This document shows, piece by piece, positions 1-9,800 of a DNA stretch of 32,000 bases. The DNA comes from Streptantibioticus rubrisoli. Lineage in GTDB: Bacteria > Actinomycetota > Actinomycetes > Streptomycetales > Streptomycetaceae. Position 1 is the first letter of the stretch, and each line of letters starts with the position of its first letter. Position numbers and translations under genes: made by a program. The notes under the pieces were generated by a model. The model saw nothing but the letters and a program-made list of their open reading frames with translations. It had not been told where the DNA came from and searched no databases. Location: assembly GCF_024436055.1 (NCBI RefSeq), contig NZ_JANFNH010000046.1:538-32537 (forward strand), in the 5' to 3' direction.

Positions 1-2
1 CC

Positions 3-362
3 GACGTCCCCGAGGGCGGACTCCAGGTGGCGCCAGGCATCCGCCTGGTCCCGGCCGCCGGCCACACCCCTGGCCAGACCGCCGTGGAACTGCACGGCGC
101 CGACCGCTCGGCCCTGATCACCGGCGACAGCATCCACCACCCCGTGCAGCTGTCCCACCCCCACCTGACCAGCTGCGTCGACATCGACCCCGAGCAGGCC
201 GTGAACAGTCGCCGCCGCCTCCTCGACACCCTGGCCGACACCCACGACCTGCTTCTCGGCACCCACTTCCCCCACCCCACCGCCGGCCTGGTCCGCCGTG
301 ACCAGGGCCGCTACCGCCTGCTGCCCGAGCCCGGCACTCCTACTCCGGCCGCTGCGGGGTGA
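3..362 (+). CDS. MBL-fold metallo-hydrolase, C-terminal part (5' end outside window)
   Basis: Frame 3 is open from the window edge (DVPEGGLQVAPGIRLVPAAGHTPGQTAV...LITGDSIHHPVQL...GTHFPHPTAG); metal-ligand-like AAGHTPG, TGD and GTHFPHP motifs; stop at 362. Confidence 0.8.
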   Translation, partial: DVPEGGLQVAPGIRLVPAAGHTPGQTAVELHGADRSALITGDSIHHPVQLSHPHLTSCVDIDPEQAVNSRRRLLDTLADTHDLLLGTHFPHPTAGLVRRDQGRYRLLPEPGTPTPAAAG

Positions 363-449
363 CCGGGTGGGGCGGTCACCGGCCAATTGCCTGTTCCGTT
401 GTCGCCGCGTCAGGCGGTTCATCCCTGCGGTGCGGCTGCCCACACCGGA

Positions 450-819
450 CCACGAACGAGGTCGCGGTGCCAGTGCAGCGCGGTGTCCGGTCCCCCCAGC
501 AAACGCACCTGTCGCAGCGTTTGCTGGGGGCGATGAAGCAAGGCGGCGAGGAGTATGGGGTCCGTAGGCGTGAAACAGGGGCAGGCCCCCTGGAGCTGAC
601 GCTCCGGCACCCGTGAGTTGACACCACAACGCCAGGATTTTCCACGTCCTCTTCCCGACTGCTCCTTGGCAGCAGCCGGAGCACGGTGAGAGTGTGCGTC
701 ATCGTCAGGTGGGCCAGGCCCAGCAGCACGATTGATGACCGTGCCAATGCACGCCGAGCCGCCCTGGCCAAACCACGCGATCCGTCCTCTGACATGTGCG
801 GGTGGACTTCTCGGCACCT
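450..819 (-). pseudogene. Remnant of an rve/DDE-type IS transposase (N-terminal part only) with its transposase-5'-side terminal inverted repeat
   Basis: Minus-strand frames give AHLTMTHTLTVLRLLPRSSREEDVE then LAALLHRPQQTLRQVRLLGGPDTALHWHRDLV, matching the N-terminus of the transposase at 21260-22354 but in two frames and truncated. CTGACATGTGCGGGTGGACTTCTCGGCACC at ~789-818 matches the end of the copy at 19684-19716. Confidence 0.7.
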
Positions 820-1049
820 CCACGGTCGCCGGGTGGAAGTAGGTGGTACATCCGGCCGACGAAGTGAGGCTGGAATACTGGCCACCACAATTGCCCACTG
901 GGGTAGTTAGGGGTTGGTCCGAAGATGGACCGCCCATAATCTCTCCAGGGAAGTTGAAATTTTCTGTCAAGTGCTGCGAGACCGGAGGCTGCGGTCGTCG
1001 GTGCCGTCCTCGTGCAGGGCTTGTTCGCTCAAATGAGGATTGGTGACAG

Positions 1050-1916
1050 GTGTTAGCGAATATGCAATCGCATTCGATTGCTGTGTTCGGTGCAGGTGTC
1101 ATGGGCCGCAGTATCACCGCACTGGCGCTGGGCCGCGGGGTGGACGTTGTCCTGGTGGACGTCTCGGACGACGTACTGCGGGATGCCCGAGCGGAGATCA
1201 CCCAGCAGATGCGGCACGGACAACTCATGGGTGCCTTCCCGGCTGACAAGACACCCGGAACATTGACGACGTCGCTGTCCAGCAAGGGTGCTGCGGACGC
1301 CGCCGTGGTGATCGAGGCGATCACCGAGGACGCCGCGCTCAAGGTACGGGTCATGGCGGAGATCTCCGGCGTGGTCCCCGCGGGTGTCCCGCTGATCACC
1401 AACACGTCCGGTATCCCCATCGCCGAACTGGCGAAGTCGGTGCAACGACCCACGGACCTGGCCGGGGTGCACTTCATGAATCCGGCCTATCTGATCGAGA
1501 TGGTCGAGGTGGTCCGTGGCCCGCAGACTGGCGACGACGCCATGGCCGTCGTCCTTTCCTTTCTCGAGGGGCTGGGGAAGAAAACGGTCGTCGTCCGAGA
1601 CGCGCCGGGATTCGTCACCAGCAGGCTGCTGCATCCCATGATCAACGAAGCGGCGAGAGTCGTGGCCGAGGGCACCGCGAGCGTTGAGTCCGTGGACCGG
1701 CTGATGCACGGATGTCTTGGTCATCCGACCGGTCCGCTGCGCACCGCCGATTTGATCGGACTCGACAACCTCGCGGACGCTCTGCGGCTGCTCGCCGAGC
1801 GGACCGGAAATCCCACCTTCGAGCCCTGCGAACTACTCATGGAAAAAGTGAGCCGCGGTGAGCTGGGGCGCAAGACGGGGCGCGGTTTCTACGACTACGG
1901 AGAGGTGCTTTCGTGA
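1050..1916 (+). CDS. fkbK: 3-hydroxyacyl-CoA dehydrogenase family protein, FkbK-like (methoxymalonyl-ACP biosynthesis); true start may be ATG at 1062
   Basis: IAVFGAGVMGRSITALALGRGVDVVLVDVS Rossmann motif; ITNTSGIPI, HFMNPAYLIEMVEVVRG, VVVRDAPGFVTSRLLHPMINEAARVV; first gene of a five-gene cassette. Confidence 0.88.
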   Translation: MLANMQSHSIAVFGAGVMGRSITALALGRGVDVVLVDVSDDVLRDARAEITQQMRHGQLMGAFPADKTPGTLTTSLSSKGAADAAVVIEAITEDAALKVRVMAEISGVVPAGVPLITNTSGIPIAELAKSVQRPTDLAGVHFMNPAYLIEMVEVVRGPQTGDDAMAVVLSFLEGLGKKTVVVRDAPGFVTSRLLHPMINEAARVVAEGTASVESVDRLMHGCLGHPTGPLRTADLIGLDNLADALRLLAERTGNPTFEPCELLMEKVSRGELGRKTGRGFYDYGEVLS

Positions 1917-2176
1917 GCCAGGACCTGACAACCACTGCTGAGAGTATCGCGCAGACGATCGCGGCGTTCGTCTCGAAGAGAGTCGGGGCGGACGTCCCGG
2001 CCGACAAGGACCTCTTCGAGTCCGGGCTGGTGTCCTCGCTGTTCGCGATGGAACTCGTCGTGCACCTGGAGCAGGCGTTCTCCGTGCAGATCCTGGGGGA
2101 CGACCTCAAGCGGGACAACTTCCGCTCCGTCCAGGCCATGACCGCCCTCGTGCTGCGGTTGAACGGCGCGGAGTAG
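1913..2176 (+). CDS. fkbJ: Discrete acyl carrier protein, FkbJ-like
   Basis: 87 aa; DLFESGLVSSLFAMELVVHLEQAF phosphopantetheine-site region; start GTG overlaps the upstream TGA by 4 bp (GTGA). Confidence 0.88.
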   Translation: MSQDLTTTAESIAQTIAAFVSKRVGADVPADKDLFESGLVSSLFAMELVVHLEQAFSVQILGDDLKRDNFRSVQAMTALVLRLNGAE

Positions 2177-2183
2177 CCCGCCG

Positions 2184-3293
2184 ATGCCTGAATCGCTCGC
2201 AGACGCCCATGAGTTGGTCGATGACCTGGTCGGTGATCAGGCTATCGAGTGGGACCGGGCCGGTCTGATCCCCGACGGCGTTCTGCGCACACTGGCGAAC
2301 CGCGGACTGCTGTGTGCGGAGGTACCGGAGGCTTCCGGCGGACTCGGGATGAGCAGCGCGGCGAACGGCGAGTTCACCGCGTTCGTCGGTAGCCGGTGCA
2401 GCTCGCTGCGCAGTGTGATGACCTCTCAGGGCATGGCCGCGTGGACGATCCAGCGCCTGGGCAGTTCGCGGCAGCACGCGGCGTACCTGCCGAGACTGGC
2501 CGGTGGCCAACTCGCCGCCGTCGCGTTCAGCGAGCCGGATGCGGGCAGCGATCTGTCGGCGATGACCACCACCATCGAACCCGACGGTGACGCCGTCGTC
2601 CTTCGCGGGCAGAAGGTCTGGACGACCGCGGCCCACTATGCCGACCTGATCGTGGTCGTCGGGCGCTACGGTTCCGGGGCCGCCGCGGTCGTGGTGCCGA
2701 CGTCGGCTTCGGGCGTCACCGTGACCAGGGTTCCGCGGCCGTCCGGCTGCCGGGCGGCGGGCCACGCGGACGTACGATTCGACGACGTGCGGCTGCCAGT
2801 CATCGCGGTACTCGGCGGCGGGCAGCCGCTGATGCTCCTGGTGACGACCGCGCTGGCGTACGGGCGGATCTCGGTCGCCTGGGGCTGCGTGGGCATCCTC
2901 CGGGCCTGTCTCGACGCCGCCCGTCATCACGCCCGGACCCGGCGGCAGTTCGGCAGGCCGCTCGCCCAGCACCAGCTCGTCGGCCGTCACCTGGCGAACC
3001 TGCTCACCGGTGAGCAGATCGCCACCCGGATGTGCGAACACGCCAGCCGGTGCTGGGACAGCGGCTCTCCCGACATGGTGGTCGCCTCTGTCCTCGCCAA
3101 GCAGGTGAGCGCCGTCCAGGCCGCACAGGGCGCCGCCGCGGCCGTGCAGGTCCTGGGTTCGGTGGCCGCGCACGAGGGCCATGCGGTCGAGCGTGCGTAC
3201 CGCGACGCAAAGCTCATGGAGCTCATCGAGGGCAGCACGGAGATCTGCCAGTTGATCCTCTCCGACCACGCGGTGTCCATGACGGCGAGGTGA
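2184..3293 (+). CDS. fkbI: Acyl-CoA dehydrogenase family protein, FkbI-like
   Basis: AFSEPDAGSDLSAM, GQKVWTTAAHYADL, RRQFGRPLAQHQLVGRHLA, IEGSTEICQLILSDHAV; 8 bp after the ACP stop. Confidence 0.88.
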   Translation: MPESLADAHELVDDLVGDQAIEWDRAGLIPDGVLRTLANRGLLCAEVPEASGGLGMSSAANGEFTAFVGSRCSSLRSVMTSQGMAAWTIQRLGSSRQHAAYLPRLAGGQLAAVAFSEPDAGSDLSAMTTTIEPDGDAVVLRGQKVWTTAAHYADLIVVVGRYGSGAAAVVVPTSASGVTVTRVPRPSGCRAAGHADVRFDDVRLPVIAVLGGGQPLMLLVTTALAYGRISVAWGCVGILRACLDAARHHARTRRQFGRPLAQHQLVGRHLANLLTGEQIATRMCEHASRCWDSGSPDMVVASVLAKQVSAVQAAQGAAAAVQVLGSVAAHEGHAVERAYRDAKLMELIEGSTEICQLILSDHAVSMTAR

Positions 3294-3302
3294 GACGACG
3301 AG

Positions 3303-4397
3303 ATGAGTCAAGGAGACACAGTGGCTGAACAGCCCTCGATCGTGAAGTGCCTGGTGTGGGACCTCGACAACACCCTGTGGCAGGGCACGCTGCTGGAGGA
3401 CGGCGAGGTGAAGCTCCCCGACTCCGTCCGCGAGCTCATCACCGAGCTGGACAGCCGGGGCATCCTCCAATCGGTTGCCAGCAAGAACGACCACGACCAG
3501 GCATGGCAGCAGCTGGAGGCGCTGGGCGTCGCCGAGTACCTCATCCTGCCGCGCATCGGCTGGGGCCCGAAGTCCGACTCGGTACGGGAGATCGCCGACG
3601 AGCTCAACTTCGCGCTCGACACCATCGCTTTCGTCGACGACCAGCCGTCGGAGCGGGCAGAAGTCGAGTTCCATTTGCCGCAGGTCCGCTGCTACGACGC
3701 CGAGCGGTTGCCCGAGTTCGCCGCTCTGCCGGAGTTCAGCCCGGCGACGGTCACGGTGGACTCGCGCCGTCGTCGGCAGATGTATCAGGCCGGATTCCTT
3801 CGCAAGGCGGCCGAGGCGGAGTTCCAGGGGCCGAGCGACGACTTCCTGCGTTCCTTGGAACTGGAGATGCGCATCGGACGCGCCACCGAGGACGAGTTGT
3901 CCCGTGTGGAGGAACTGACGCTGCGCACAAGCCAGATGAATGCCACGGGAGTGCACTACTCCATCTCCGATCTGCGTGGGCTGCTCGTCGATCCGCGGCA
4001 CGAGGTCCTGGTGACCACGCTCACCGACCGGTTCGGGCCGCACGGCGCGGTCGGCCTCCAACTGCTGGAGAGGCACGCGGCTGTGTGGAATCTGAAGCTG
4101 CTGGCCACGTCGTGCCGCGTGGTGTCATTCGGCGCTGGATCGGCGCTCCTCGGCTGGCTCGGCGACCAGGCCGCGCACGCGGGCGTCCACCTGGTCGCCG
4201 ACTTCCGGCGCACCGAACGCAACCGGATGATGGAGATCGCCTACCGTCTCGCCGGCTTCACCGACGAGCCCTGCGACTGCAGGGCCGGGCTGACCGCGCC
4301 CGCTCAGGAGGACATCCAGCGGCTACATCTGCTTCCGACGCCTTGCGACCCCCCGCCCACGATGAAGTTGCACACCGTCAGCCTCCAAAGCGCCTGA
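3303..4397 (+). CDS. fkbH: FkbH-like HAD-family protein (glyceryl-ACP formation); likely start GTG at 3321 preceded by AAGGAG
   Basis: KCLVWDLDNTLWQGTLLEDGEVKL HAD motif; SVASKNDHDQAWQQLE; FVDDQPSERAEVEFHLPQVRCYDA; TSQMNATGVHYSISDLR. Confidence 0.92.
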   Translation: MSQGDTVAEQPSIVKCLVWDLDNTLWQGTLLEDGEVKLPDSVRELITELDSRGILQSVASKNDHDQAWQQLEALGVAEYLILPRIGWGPKSDSVREIADELNFALDTIAFVDDQPSERAEVEFHLPQVRCYDAERLPEFAALPEFSPATVTVDSRRRRQMYQAGFLRKAAEAEFQGPSDDFLRSLELEMRIGRATEDELSRVEELTLRTSQMNATGVHYSISDLRGLLVDPRHEVLVTTLTDRFGPHGAVGLQLLERHAAVWNLKLLATSCRVVSFGAGSALLGWLGDQAAHAGVHLVADFRRTERNRMMEIAYRLAGFTDEPCDCRAGLTAPAQEDIQRLHLLPTPCDPPPTMKLHTVSLQSA

Positions 4398-5120
4398 GTG
4401 CGGGCGCCCTCGACCGGTCCGATCAGAGAAGAAGGATGGCGCATGGCGAACCAGCTAGGTCTCCCGGCAAGACTCTCGGAGTACATCCGGGAGTCCTCCC
4501 TGCGAGAGGACGAAGTCCTGCGACAGTTGCGCGAGACGACGTCGGAACTCCCAGCGGGCAGCGCATTGCAGGTGATGCCGGAGGAAGGGCAGTTGCTGAC
4601 GCTGCTGGCCGGTCTCACTAGGGCCCGCAAGATCCTTGAGATCGGTACGTACACCGGGTACAGCACCCTGTGCCTGGCCCGCGCGCTCGCGCCCGGCGGA
4701 CGGCTGGTCACCTGCGACATCACCCACCGTTGGCCGCGAATCGGCGCCGAGTACTGGACCAAGGCGGGCGTCGACGGGCGGATCGACCTGCGCATCGGTG
4801 ACGCGGCGAACACCCTCGAGGCCCTCCTCGCGGACGAGGGCCCCGGCACGTTCGACTTCGTCTTCATCGACGCCGACAAGCAGCGCTACTCGGACTACTA
4901 CGAGTCGGCGCTGTCCCTCGTCGGCGACCACGGCCTGATCGTGGTCGACAACACCCTGTTCTTCGGCAAGGTCGTGGACCCCGAGGCCCAGGACCCGGAC
5001 ACCACCGCGATCCGCGCGTTCAACACGCTGGTCCGCGACGACCCGCGGGTGGAGACGTCCCTGGTCCCTATGGCGGACGGCATCACGCTGATCCGGAAGA
5101 AGCAACGGACGGGGGAGTGA
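4398..5120 (+). CDS. fkbG: SAM-dependent O-methyltransferase (class I, CCoAOMT-like), FkbG-like; likely start ATG at 4443
   Basis: ARKILEIGTYTGYSTLCLARAL SAM-binding motif; FDFVFIDADKQRYSDYYE; LIVVDNTLFFGKV; GAAGGA upstream of ATG 4443. Confidence 0.88.
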   Translation: MRAPSTGPIREEGWRMANQLGLPARLSEYIRESSLREDEVLRQLRETTSELPAGSALQVMPEEGQLLTLLAGLTRARKILEIGTYTGYSTLCLARALAPGGRLVTCDITHRWPRIGAEYWTKAGVDGRIDLRIGDAANTLEALLADEGPGTFDFVFIDADKQRYSDYYESALSLVGDHGLIVVDNTLFFGKVVDPEAQDPDTTAIRAFNTLVRDDPRVETSLVPMADGITLIRKKQRTGE

Positions 5121-5152
5121 AGCCCTCCGCCCCGGCCTGCCGGGCTTCACTC
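5115..5152. terminator. Probable bidirectional terminator between the convergent ends of the O-MT gene and the minus-strand fusion gene
   Basis: Perfect 11-bp inverted repeat GAGTGAAGCCC (5115-5125) / GGGCTTCACTC (5142-5152) between converging stops at 5120 and 5174. Confidence 0.7.
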
Positions 5153-5173
5153 TGCCCGCCGCGAGTGCCGGGC

Positions 5174-6469
5174 TCAGCCGACCACCCTCGGCACGTACGC
5201 GGCGTGAGTCCCGTCGGCGTAGCGGCACAGTTCGACGCCGTACACCTCGGCGGGATAGAGCTGCCGACCGAGGAATTCGATGACCCGGTTGAATTCCGGC
5301 GGAAACTGGCTGGCCACGATGGCCATACGAAGTCTGCCGACAGCGAGATTCGCTTCAAGCGTGCGCAGAAACGAACTCTCGCCGAGGAAATAGCCTATTT
5401 GCGTTAGCAAATATTCGCCAGTGCTGTTGTGTAGCTGTGATGTGTACTCAAGCGACCGTTGCAGTATGTGCAGCGGCCAGTTTCGAGCACCGCTGCTCGC
5501 GTGGTCGAGTGTTTTCCCGAGGGCGTCGTTCTCATTCCATGTGTCGTGTGGCTCCACTACTTCGACCAGTGTCGGCACGCCTTTGGAATCGGCGAACAGG
5601 TGGGTGGAACTGAAGGAGTAGCCGTCCGTGTCCGGCATGACGTCCGCGGGGTTCCTGCGGATCAGCAGTAGCCGGGAGTCGGCGTCGTGCGCGTTGCCGA
5701 CCGCGGACAGCAGGTCCGGGTAGCGGACGAGGATCTCGTGCAGGGGCGGTTCGGGGTGGGCCGTCGTCGGTGTGAGCAGGGTGAGCCCCGCGCCGTTCTG
5801 CAGCACGATGCGCCGGTTCCGCGCTTCGGCGCGCGGTGTCGGCGGGCGCGACCCCTGCGGGCGCGCATGCCTGCCCGACTTCATCTGCCCTGGGTCCGCG
5901 GGCAGCACCGCCGGGCGTTCCAGCCAGGGGTCGATCGGGGTGACGGAGGAGTTCAGGATGAAGGCCAGCGTCTTGTACGTCCCGGTGAGGGCCAGTAGTT
6001 CGAGGAATTGCTCCTCGGTGTAGCGCTCGGCGAGTCGTTTCCAGGTGCTGTCCGAGATCACGGATCCGGTGTGGAGTTCGTCGACGGCTGTGAGGAGGGC
6101 GGCTTCGAAGAGTGTCCACTCGGAGGTGTCCTCTGAGGCGACCCGGGCGATCTCCGTTTCGCTCAACCCGACGAGGAGTCCCGCGGGGTGGTGGTGGGCC
6201 CAGATGTACGGGGCTTGGGAACGCCATGCCGTGCGCAGGATGACGAGTTCGCGCTCGCGTGCCGGGAGGACTTCGCCGGTGACGTGCTCTATCAGCGGCT
6301 GGATCGCGGGCAGCAGCGTCGGATGGTTGGCCATGGTCCGCGTGACGTTCGGCGGGGGCCGGTCCGCGAGGAGCCCGTTCAGCGCCTCCTTGGCCATCCG
6401 GGCATAGTCCTGGCCGGCGGGTGTGACGGCGAATTCCTCCGCGTCCTGTGGATCGATCCTGGGGCGCAT
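5174..6469 (-). CDS. Two-domain protein: N-terminal carboxymuconolactone decarboxylase (AhpD-like) domain + C-terminal PD-(D/E)XK-nuclease-like domain lacking catalytic residues
   Basis: ORF 5174..6802; start placed at MRPRIDPQDAEEF because GAGGAAGAGGGA precedes this ATG. N-terminal: VLPARERELVILRTAWRSQAPYIWAHHHPAGLLVGLSETEI. C-terminal: SSTHLFADSKGVPTLVEVVEPHD...LLTQIGYFLGE...LAVGRLRMAIVASQFPPEFNRVIEFLGRQLYPAEVYGVELCRYADG...AYVPRVVG. Confidence 0.75.
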   Translation of the reverse strand: MRPRIDPQDAEEFAVTPAGQDYARMAKEALNGLLADRPPPNVTRTMANHPTLLPAIQPLIEHVTGEVLPARERELVILRTAWRSQAPYIWAHHHPAGLLVGLSETEIARVASEDTSEWTLFEAALLTAVDELHTGSVISDSTWKRLAERYTEEQFLELLALTGTYKTLAFILNSSVTPIDPWLERPAVLPADPGQMKSGRHARPQGSRPPTPRAEARNRRIVLQNGAGLTLLTPTTAHPEPPLHEILVRYPDLLSAVGNAHDADSRLLLIRRNPADVMPDTDGYSFSSTHLFADSKGVPTLVEVVEPHDTWNENDALGKTLDHASSGARNWPLHILQRSLEYTSQLHNSTGEYLLTQIGYFLGESSFLRTLEANLAVGRLRMAIVASQFPPEFNRVIEFLGRQLYPAEVYGVELCRYADGTHAAYVPRVVG

Positions 6470-6854
6470 TCCCTCTTCCTCAAGCTCGCTCGTGTGTCGG
6501 CGTTTCAAGGGTGGGCGACTCGGTGGCGGAAGCCCAATTCGGCCGAGAGGTCCCCACGATAATGCAACGGTAAGGGCTCTCATGCATCGAGGATCGGGCA
6601 TAGGGGTACCCGTCGTCGTGACGAGTAGGGGTAGGGGATGTGATTGCAATAGCAAAGAACACATGTCGATTGAGTGCCTCAAAATCAAACCGAAAGCGAT
6701 TGGCGACACACGGGTTCCCCTGTAGCATCGCGCTTTGTTGGTCACGACTCGAACGGCGGTTCGGCGCCGCCGGATCCTTGGAGAACGGGCGTGTGGCGAC
6801 ACCTGCCCTCTCCCTGCCGAGCCTGCTGAGACGAAGAGTTAGGGGAGCGGTGCC
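6470..6854. promoter_or_regulatory. Divergent intergenic/promoter region between the fusion gene and the PKS gene
   Basis: 385-bp gap between divergent starts, with a locally AT-richer stretch (~6640-6700: tgattgcaatagcaaagaacacatgtcgattgagtgcctcaaaatcaaac); no specific sites assigned. Confidence 0.5.
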
Positions 6855-9800
6855 GTGAGCCGATCCGAGTCCGTCCGCGCGAGCGACAACGCCATCGCGG
6901 TGGTGGGGGTGGCCTGCCGGTTGCCGTCCGCAGAGGATCCCCAGCGGTTCTGGCGGCTGCTGACCGGCGGGACGAGCGCGGTGGCGCACGTACCGCCGGG
7001 TCGGTGGAGCAACGAGGCACCGGCCTCCGGTACGACGGGGCGGGGTGCCTTCCTGGACGAAGTCGACCGTTTCGACGCCGAGTTCTTCGGGATCTCTCCC
7101 CGTGAGGCTCGGTCGATGGACCCGCAGCAGCGTCTCGCGCTGGAGCTGGGCTGGGAGGTCCTAGAGGATGCGGGCGTCCTGCCAGCCGCGCTACGGGGCA
7201 GCGACACCGGGGTGTTCGTCGGCGTGACCGCGGACGACTACAGCGCACTGGACCGGCGCAGGGGACCGTCGGCGGTCGGGCACCACACCCTCACCGGCCT
7301 GAACCGCAGCGTGATCGCGAACCGAATCTCCTACTTCCTGGGGTTCCGAGGGCCGAGCCTGGTGGTGGACACCGGGCAGTCATCCTCGCTCGTGGCGGTG
7401 CACCTGGCGTGCGAGAGCCTGCGGCGCGGGGAGTCGGCGACGGCGCTGGCCGGGGGTGTACACCTCAACCTGGTACGGGACAGTGCGGTTGCGGCGGACC
7501 AGCTCGGTGCCCTGTCCCCGGACGGCCGCTGCTTCACCTTCGACGAACGCGCCAACGGGTACGTGCGCGGCGAGGGCGCGGGAATGGTGCTGCTCAAGCC
7601 GCTGGCCAGGGCACTGGCTGACGGCGATGAGATCTACTGCGTCATCGAGGGGAGCGCGGTCAACAACGACGGCCCGGCCGAAGGGCTGACGACACCCGAT
7701 CCACGCGGGCAGCAGGCGGTGTTGCGGGCGGCGTGCCGACGTGCGGGCGTGGACCCGGCCGAGGTGCAGTACGTGGAGCTGCACGGGACCGGAACCCGGG
7801 TGGGCGACCCGGTGGAGGCGGCGGCGCTCGGTGCCTTCTACGGGGCGGGCCGCCTCGCGGACAGTCCGCTGCTGGTCGGCTCGGTGAAGACGAACGTGGG
7901 GCATCTGGAGGGCGCCGCGGGCATCACCGGCTTGATGAAGGTCGTGCTGTCGCTGCGGAACGGCGAGCTGCCGGCGAGCTTGAACTTCGAACGGCCCAAC
8001 TCGCGGATCCGCTTCGACGAATGGCGCCTGGAGGTGGTGACGGCGACCCGCCCCTGGCCCTACCGCGACGGCCGGGCGTTGGCCGGGGTGTCCTCGTTCG
8101 GCATGGGCGGCACCAACTGCCACCTGATCGTGTCCGCCGCCGAGCCAGCGCCCGGGATGGTGCCCGCGGACGCGGGAGCCAATGACGTCAGCGGCACTGT
8201 GCCGTGGCCGCTGTCGGGGCGAACCCCGGACGCCCTCCGCGCGCAGGCCGCCGACCTGGCCCGCCACATGGAGGAGAACCGGCACCTCGATCCGGTGGAT
8301 GTGGGTTTCTCCCTGGCGGCCACCCGGACCGCTTTCGACCAGCGTGCCGTCGTCCTCGCACCGGGCCGTACAAGTGGACTGGGTGCGCTGGAGGCGCTGG
8401 CCGACGGGGCGTCAGTTCCCGGCGTGGTGCGGGGGACCGCCGACGTCGAGGGCAAGACGGTGTTCGTCTTCCCCGGCCAAGGCTCGCAGTGGGCGGGCAT
8501 GGGCGCCCAGTTGATGGTGGAGTCCCCGGCGTTCGCCGAGCGGCTAGCCGACTGCGCCGCCGCGCTCGCGCCCCATGTGGACTGGTCGCTGCTGGAGGTG
8601 TTGCAGCAGGCCGACGGGGCGCCGTCGCTGGAGCGGGTGGATGTGGTCCAGCCCGTCTCCTGGGCGGTGATGGTGTCCCTCGCGGCGCTGTGGCAGGCGC
8701 ACGGGGTGCTCCCGGACGCGGTGGTGGGGCATTCGCAAGGGGAGATCGCGGCGGCGTGCGTGTCCGGCTCGCTGTCACTTCAGGACGCGGCGCGGGTCGT
8801 GGCGCTGCGCAGCCGGATCATCGCCCGCCGACTGGCGGGGGAGGGCGGCATGCTGTCGGTGCCGTTGCCGCAGGCCGAGGTCGAGGCACGACTGTCCCGC
8901 TGGGACGGCCGGATCTCGGTCGCGGCGGTCAACGGGCCCGCCTCGGTTGTGGTCTCCGGTGGACCGGAGCCGCTGGACGCGCTGTTCGAGGAACTCGCGG
9001 GCGCCGGCGTACGGGTACGCCGTATCGCGGTGGACTACGCCTCCCACTCGGCACAGGTCGAGCAGGTACGTGAGGAGTTGACGACCGCGCTGGAGGGTAT
9101 CGTCCCGAACCGTGCACAGGTGCCGTTCTTCTCCACGGTGACCGGCGGGTGGCTGGACACCACCGCCATGGACGCCGGGTACTGGTACCGAAACCTGCGA
9201 CAGACCGTCGGTTTCGCACCGGCGGTGCGGGCGTTGCTGGGGCAGGGCTACCGGTTCTTCGTCGAGGTCAGCTCCCACCCCGTGCTGACCGGCGGAATCC
9301 AGGAGATCACCGATGGGGTCGGCGCCCGGGCGGTGGCCGTCGGCACGCTGCGCCGGGATCTGGGCGGCAGGGACCGGTTCCTGACCTGTCTGGCGGAGTT
9401 GTACGTCGGTGGGGCGCCAGTCGACTGGTCGCGGACGTTCGCCGGGACCGGCGCCCGGCGGGTGGCCCTGCCGACTTACGCGTTCCAGCGGGAGCGGTAC
9501 TGGCTCCCGGAGCCGACCAGCGGTGCCGCGCCGCAGGAGGCAGGCGAGGTCGCGCCGGTGTCTGGGAGCGGGCAGGCCGTCGTGGTGGATGGGCACGCTG
9601 CCGGTATGGAGCAGGTTCGCGTGGGATCCGACGCCGCGTGGACGCGCGCCGGACTGGCGCGGCTGGTGCGTACGGAGACCGCGGTCGTGCTCGGCCACTC
9701 CTCCGCGGACCAGATGAACCCGGCGCGCTCCTTCCGGGAGCTGGGCTTCGACTCGGCCATGACGGTGGAGCTGGTGACCCGTCTGAGGGCCGCCACCGGA

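Noticed and set aside
2106-4076. 656-aa minus-strand ORF opposite the acyl-CoA dehydrogenase and FkbH-like genes
   Set aside because: Low-complexity Arg/Gly/Asp-rich shadow ORF of high-GC coding DNA; the plus-strand frames have clear enzyme motifs.
3347-4621. 424-aa plus-strand ORF overlapping the FkbH-like gene in another frame
   Set aside because: GC-rich alternative frame, no recognisable domain, would overlap two well-supported genes.
5117-5407. 96-aa ORF after the O-methyltransferase gene
   Set aside because: Overlaps the O-MT stop and the convergent fusion gene on the opposite strand; no recognisable family.
6470-6802. N-terminal extension of the minus-strand fusion ORF (first 111 aa)
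   Set aside because: Peptide is non-domain-like (MSPHARSPRIRRRRTAV...) and a strong RBS precedes the internal ATG at ~6469.
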